A DNA stretch of 64,000 nt from an uncultured Prevotellaceae bacterium. Lineage in GTDB: Bacteria; Bacteroidota; Bacteroidia; Bacteroidales; Bacteroidaceae. Positions 63,668-64,000 of this stretch are shown piece by piece (the first letter of the stretch is position 1; every line of letters begins with the position of its first letter). A program made the translations under genes and the position numbers. The stretch spans positions 7,091 to 71,090 of the forward strand of contig CAMVOK010000010.1 of assembly GCA_947169115.1 (NCBI GenBank), written 5' to 3'. The notes under the pieces were generated by a model that saw nothing but the letters and a program-made list of their open reading frames with translations, did no database searches and was not told the DNA's origin.

Positions 63668-64000
63668 TCAGCCTCTTACGCGATTCAGCATTTCTATTAC
63701 CTCATCGCTCACTCCACTTTGGAACTTGCGGGCAAACATGCGTCCACTGCCCATGAGCTCAGGGAAGTCCTTGGCCGTCATGACGCGGATGACGGGTTTA
63801 TACACGATGTAGTGTAGGGGAGTGAGTGCATCCAGTCCGGGGTAGTCCCCTTGACTCAGCATACAGCGCGAAGCCCATTTCGTGGAGTTGAAGGCAATGG
63901 TCTGTATCAGGCACTCGTCGGGTCCGAAACTGTGCAGGAAGTATCGTCGTATTTCGGGATGTGCCTTGTACGTGTCCACCACGTAACGTGCCAGTTCCTC
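63668..64000 (-). CDS. C-terminal part of a GT14-like (core-2/I-branching type) glycosyltransferase; the N-terminus is outside the window
   Basis: The frame is open to the window edge. PDECLIQTI...LHYIVY...RMFARKF resembles the C-terminus of bacterial GT14-family proteins. The call comes from memory of the family. Confidence 0.45.
   Translation of the reverse strand, partial: EELARYVVDTYKAHPEIRRYFLHSFGPDECLIQTIAFNSTKWASRCMLSQGDYPGLDALTPLHYIVYKPVIRVMTAKDFPELMGSGRMFARKFQSGVSDEVIEMLNRVRG

Overview
This 64 kb window looks like a Bacteroidota chromosome, probably Prevotellaceae-like. That call is an inference from TAnnTTTG -7 promoter boxes, lipoprotein and T9SS sorting signals, and gene content. 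About 45 genes are tightly packed. Most are housekeeping or carbohydrate and envelope genes: pckA, upp, aroB, typA, rpsO, dsbD, sufE, dusB, M16, M28 and U32 peptidases, three FKBP isomerases, GH43, GH29, and a glycosyltransferase/acyltransferase/LicD surface-glycan cluster. No rRNA, tRNA, CRISPR array, transposase or integrase was seen. Four things stand out. (1) A six-gene, signal-peptide-only envelope operon (38962-50923) has no enzyme motifs. It encodes a 1367-aa protein made of about seven tandem small beta-barrel modules, a DUF3575-type barrel fused to a roughly 450-aa E/K/R/A charged helix, a second small barrel, a lipoprotein, and two helical-repeat proteins, one with a degenerate OmpA-like motif. 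(2) A Type III-like restriction-modification island has the atypical order Res, ORF6N-domain protein, Mod. It is spliced without gaps into a sufE...dusB-U32-kef gene string. (3) A roughly 35-70 bp C-arm/G-arm hairpin element with a G-quadruplex-type tail occurs at least 12 times. Seven sites (eight copies) lie in frame inside genes, and it supplies near-identical N-termini to two unrelated proteins. (4) AT-rich 7-9 bp tandem word arrays (GTNAANN type) sit directly against start and stop codons and sometimes inside genes. A 23 bp x 6 tandem array and a nested-hairpin region that could be a structured RNA or a MITE are also noted.
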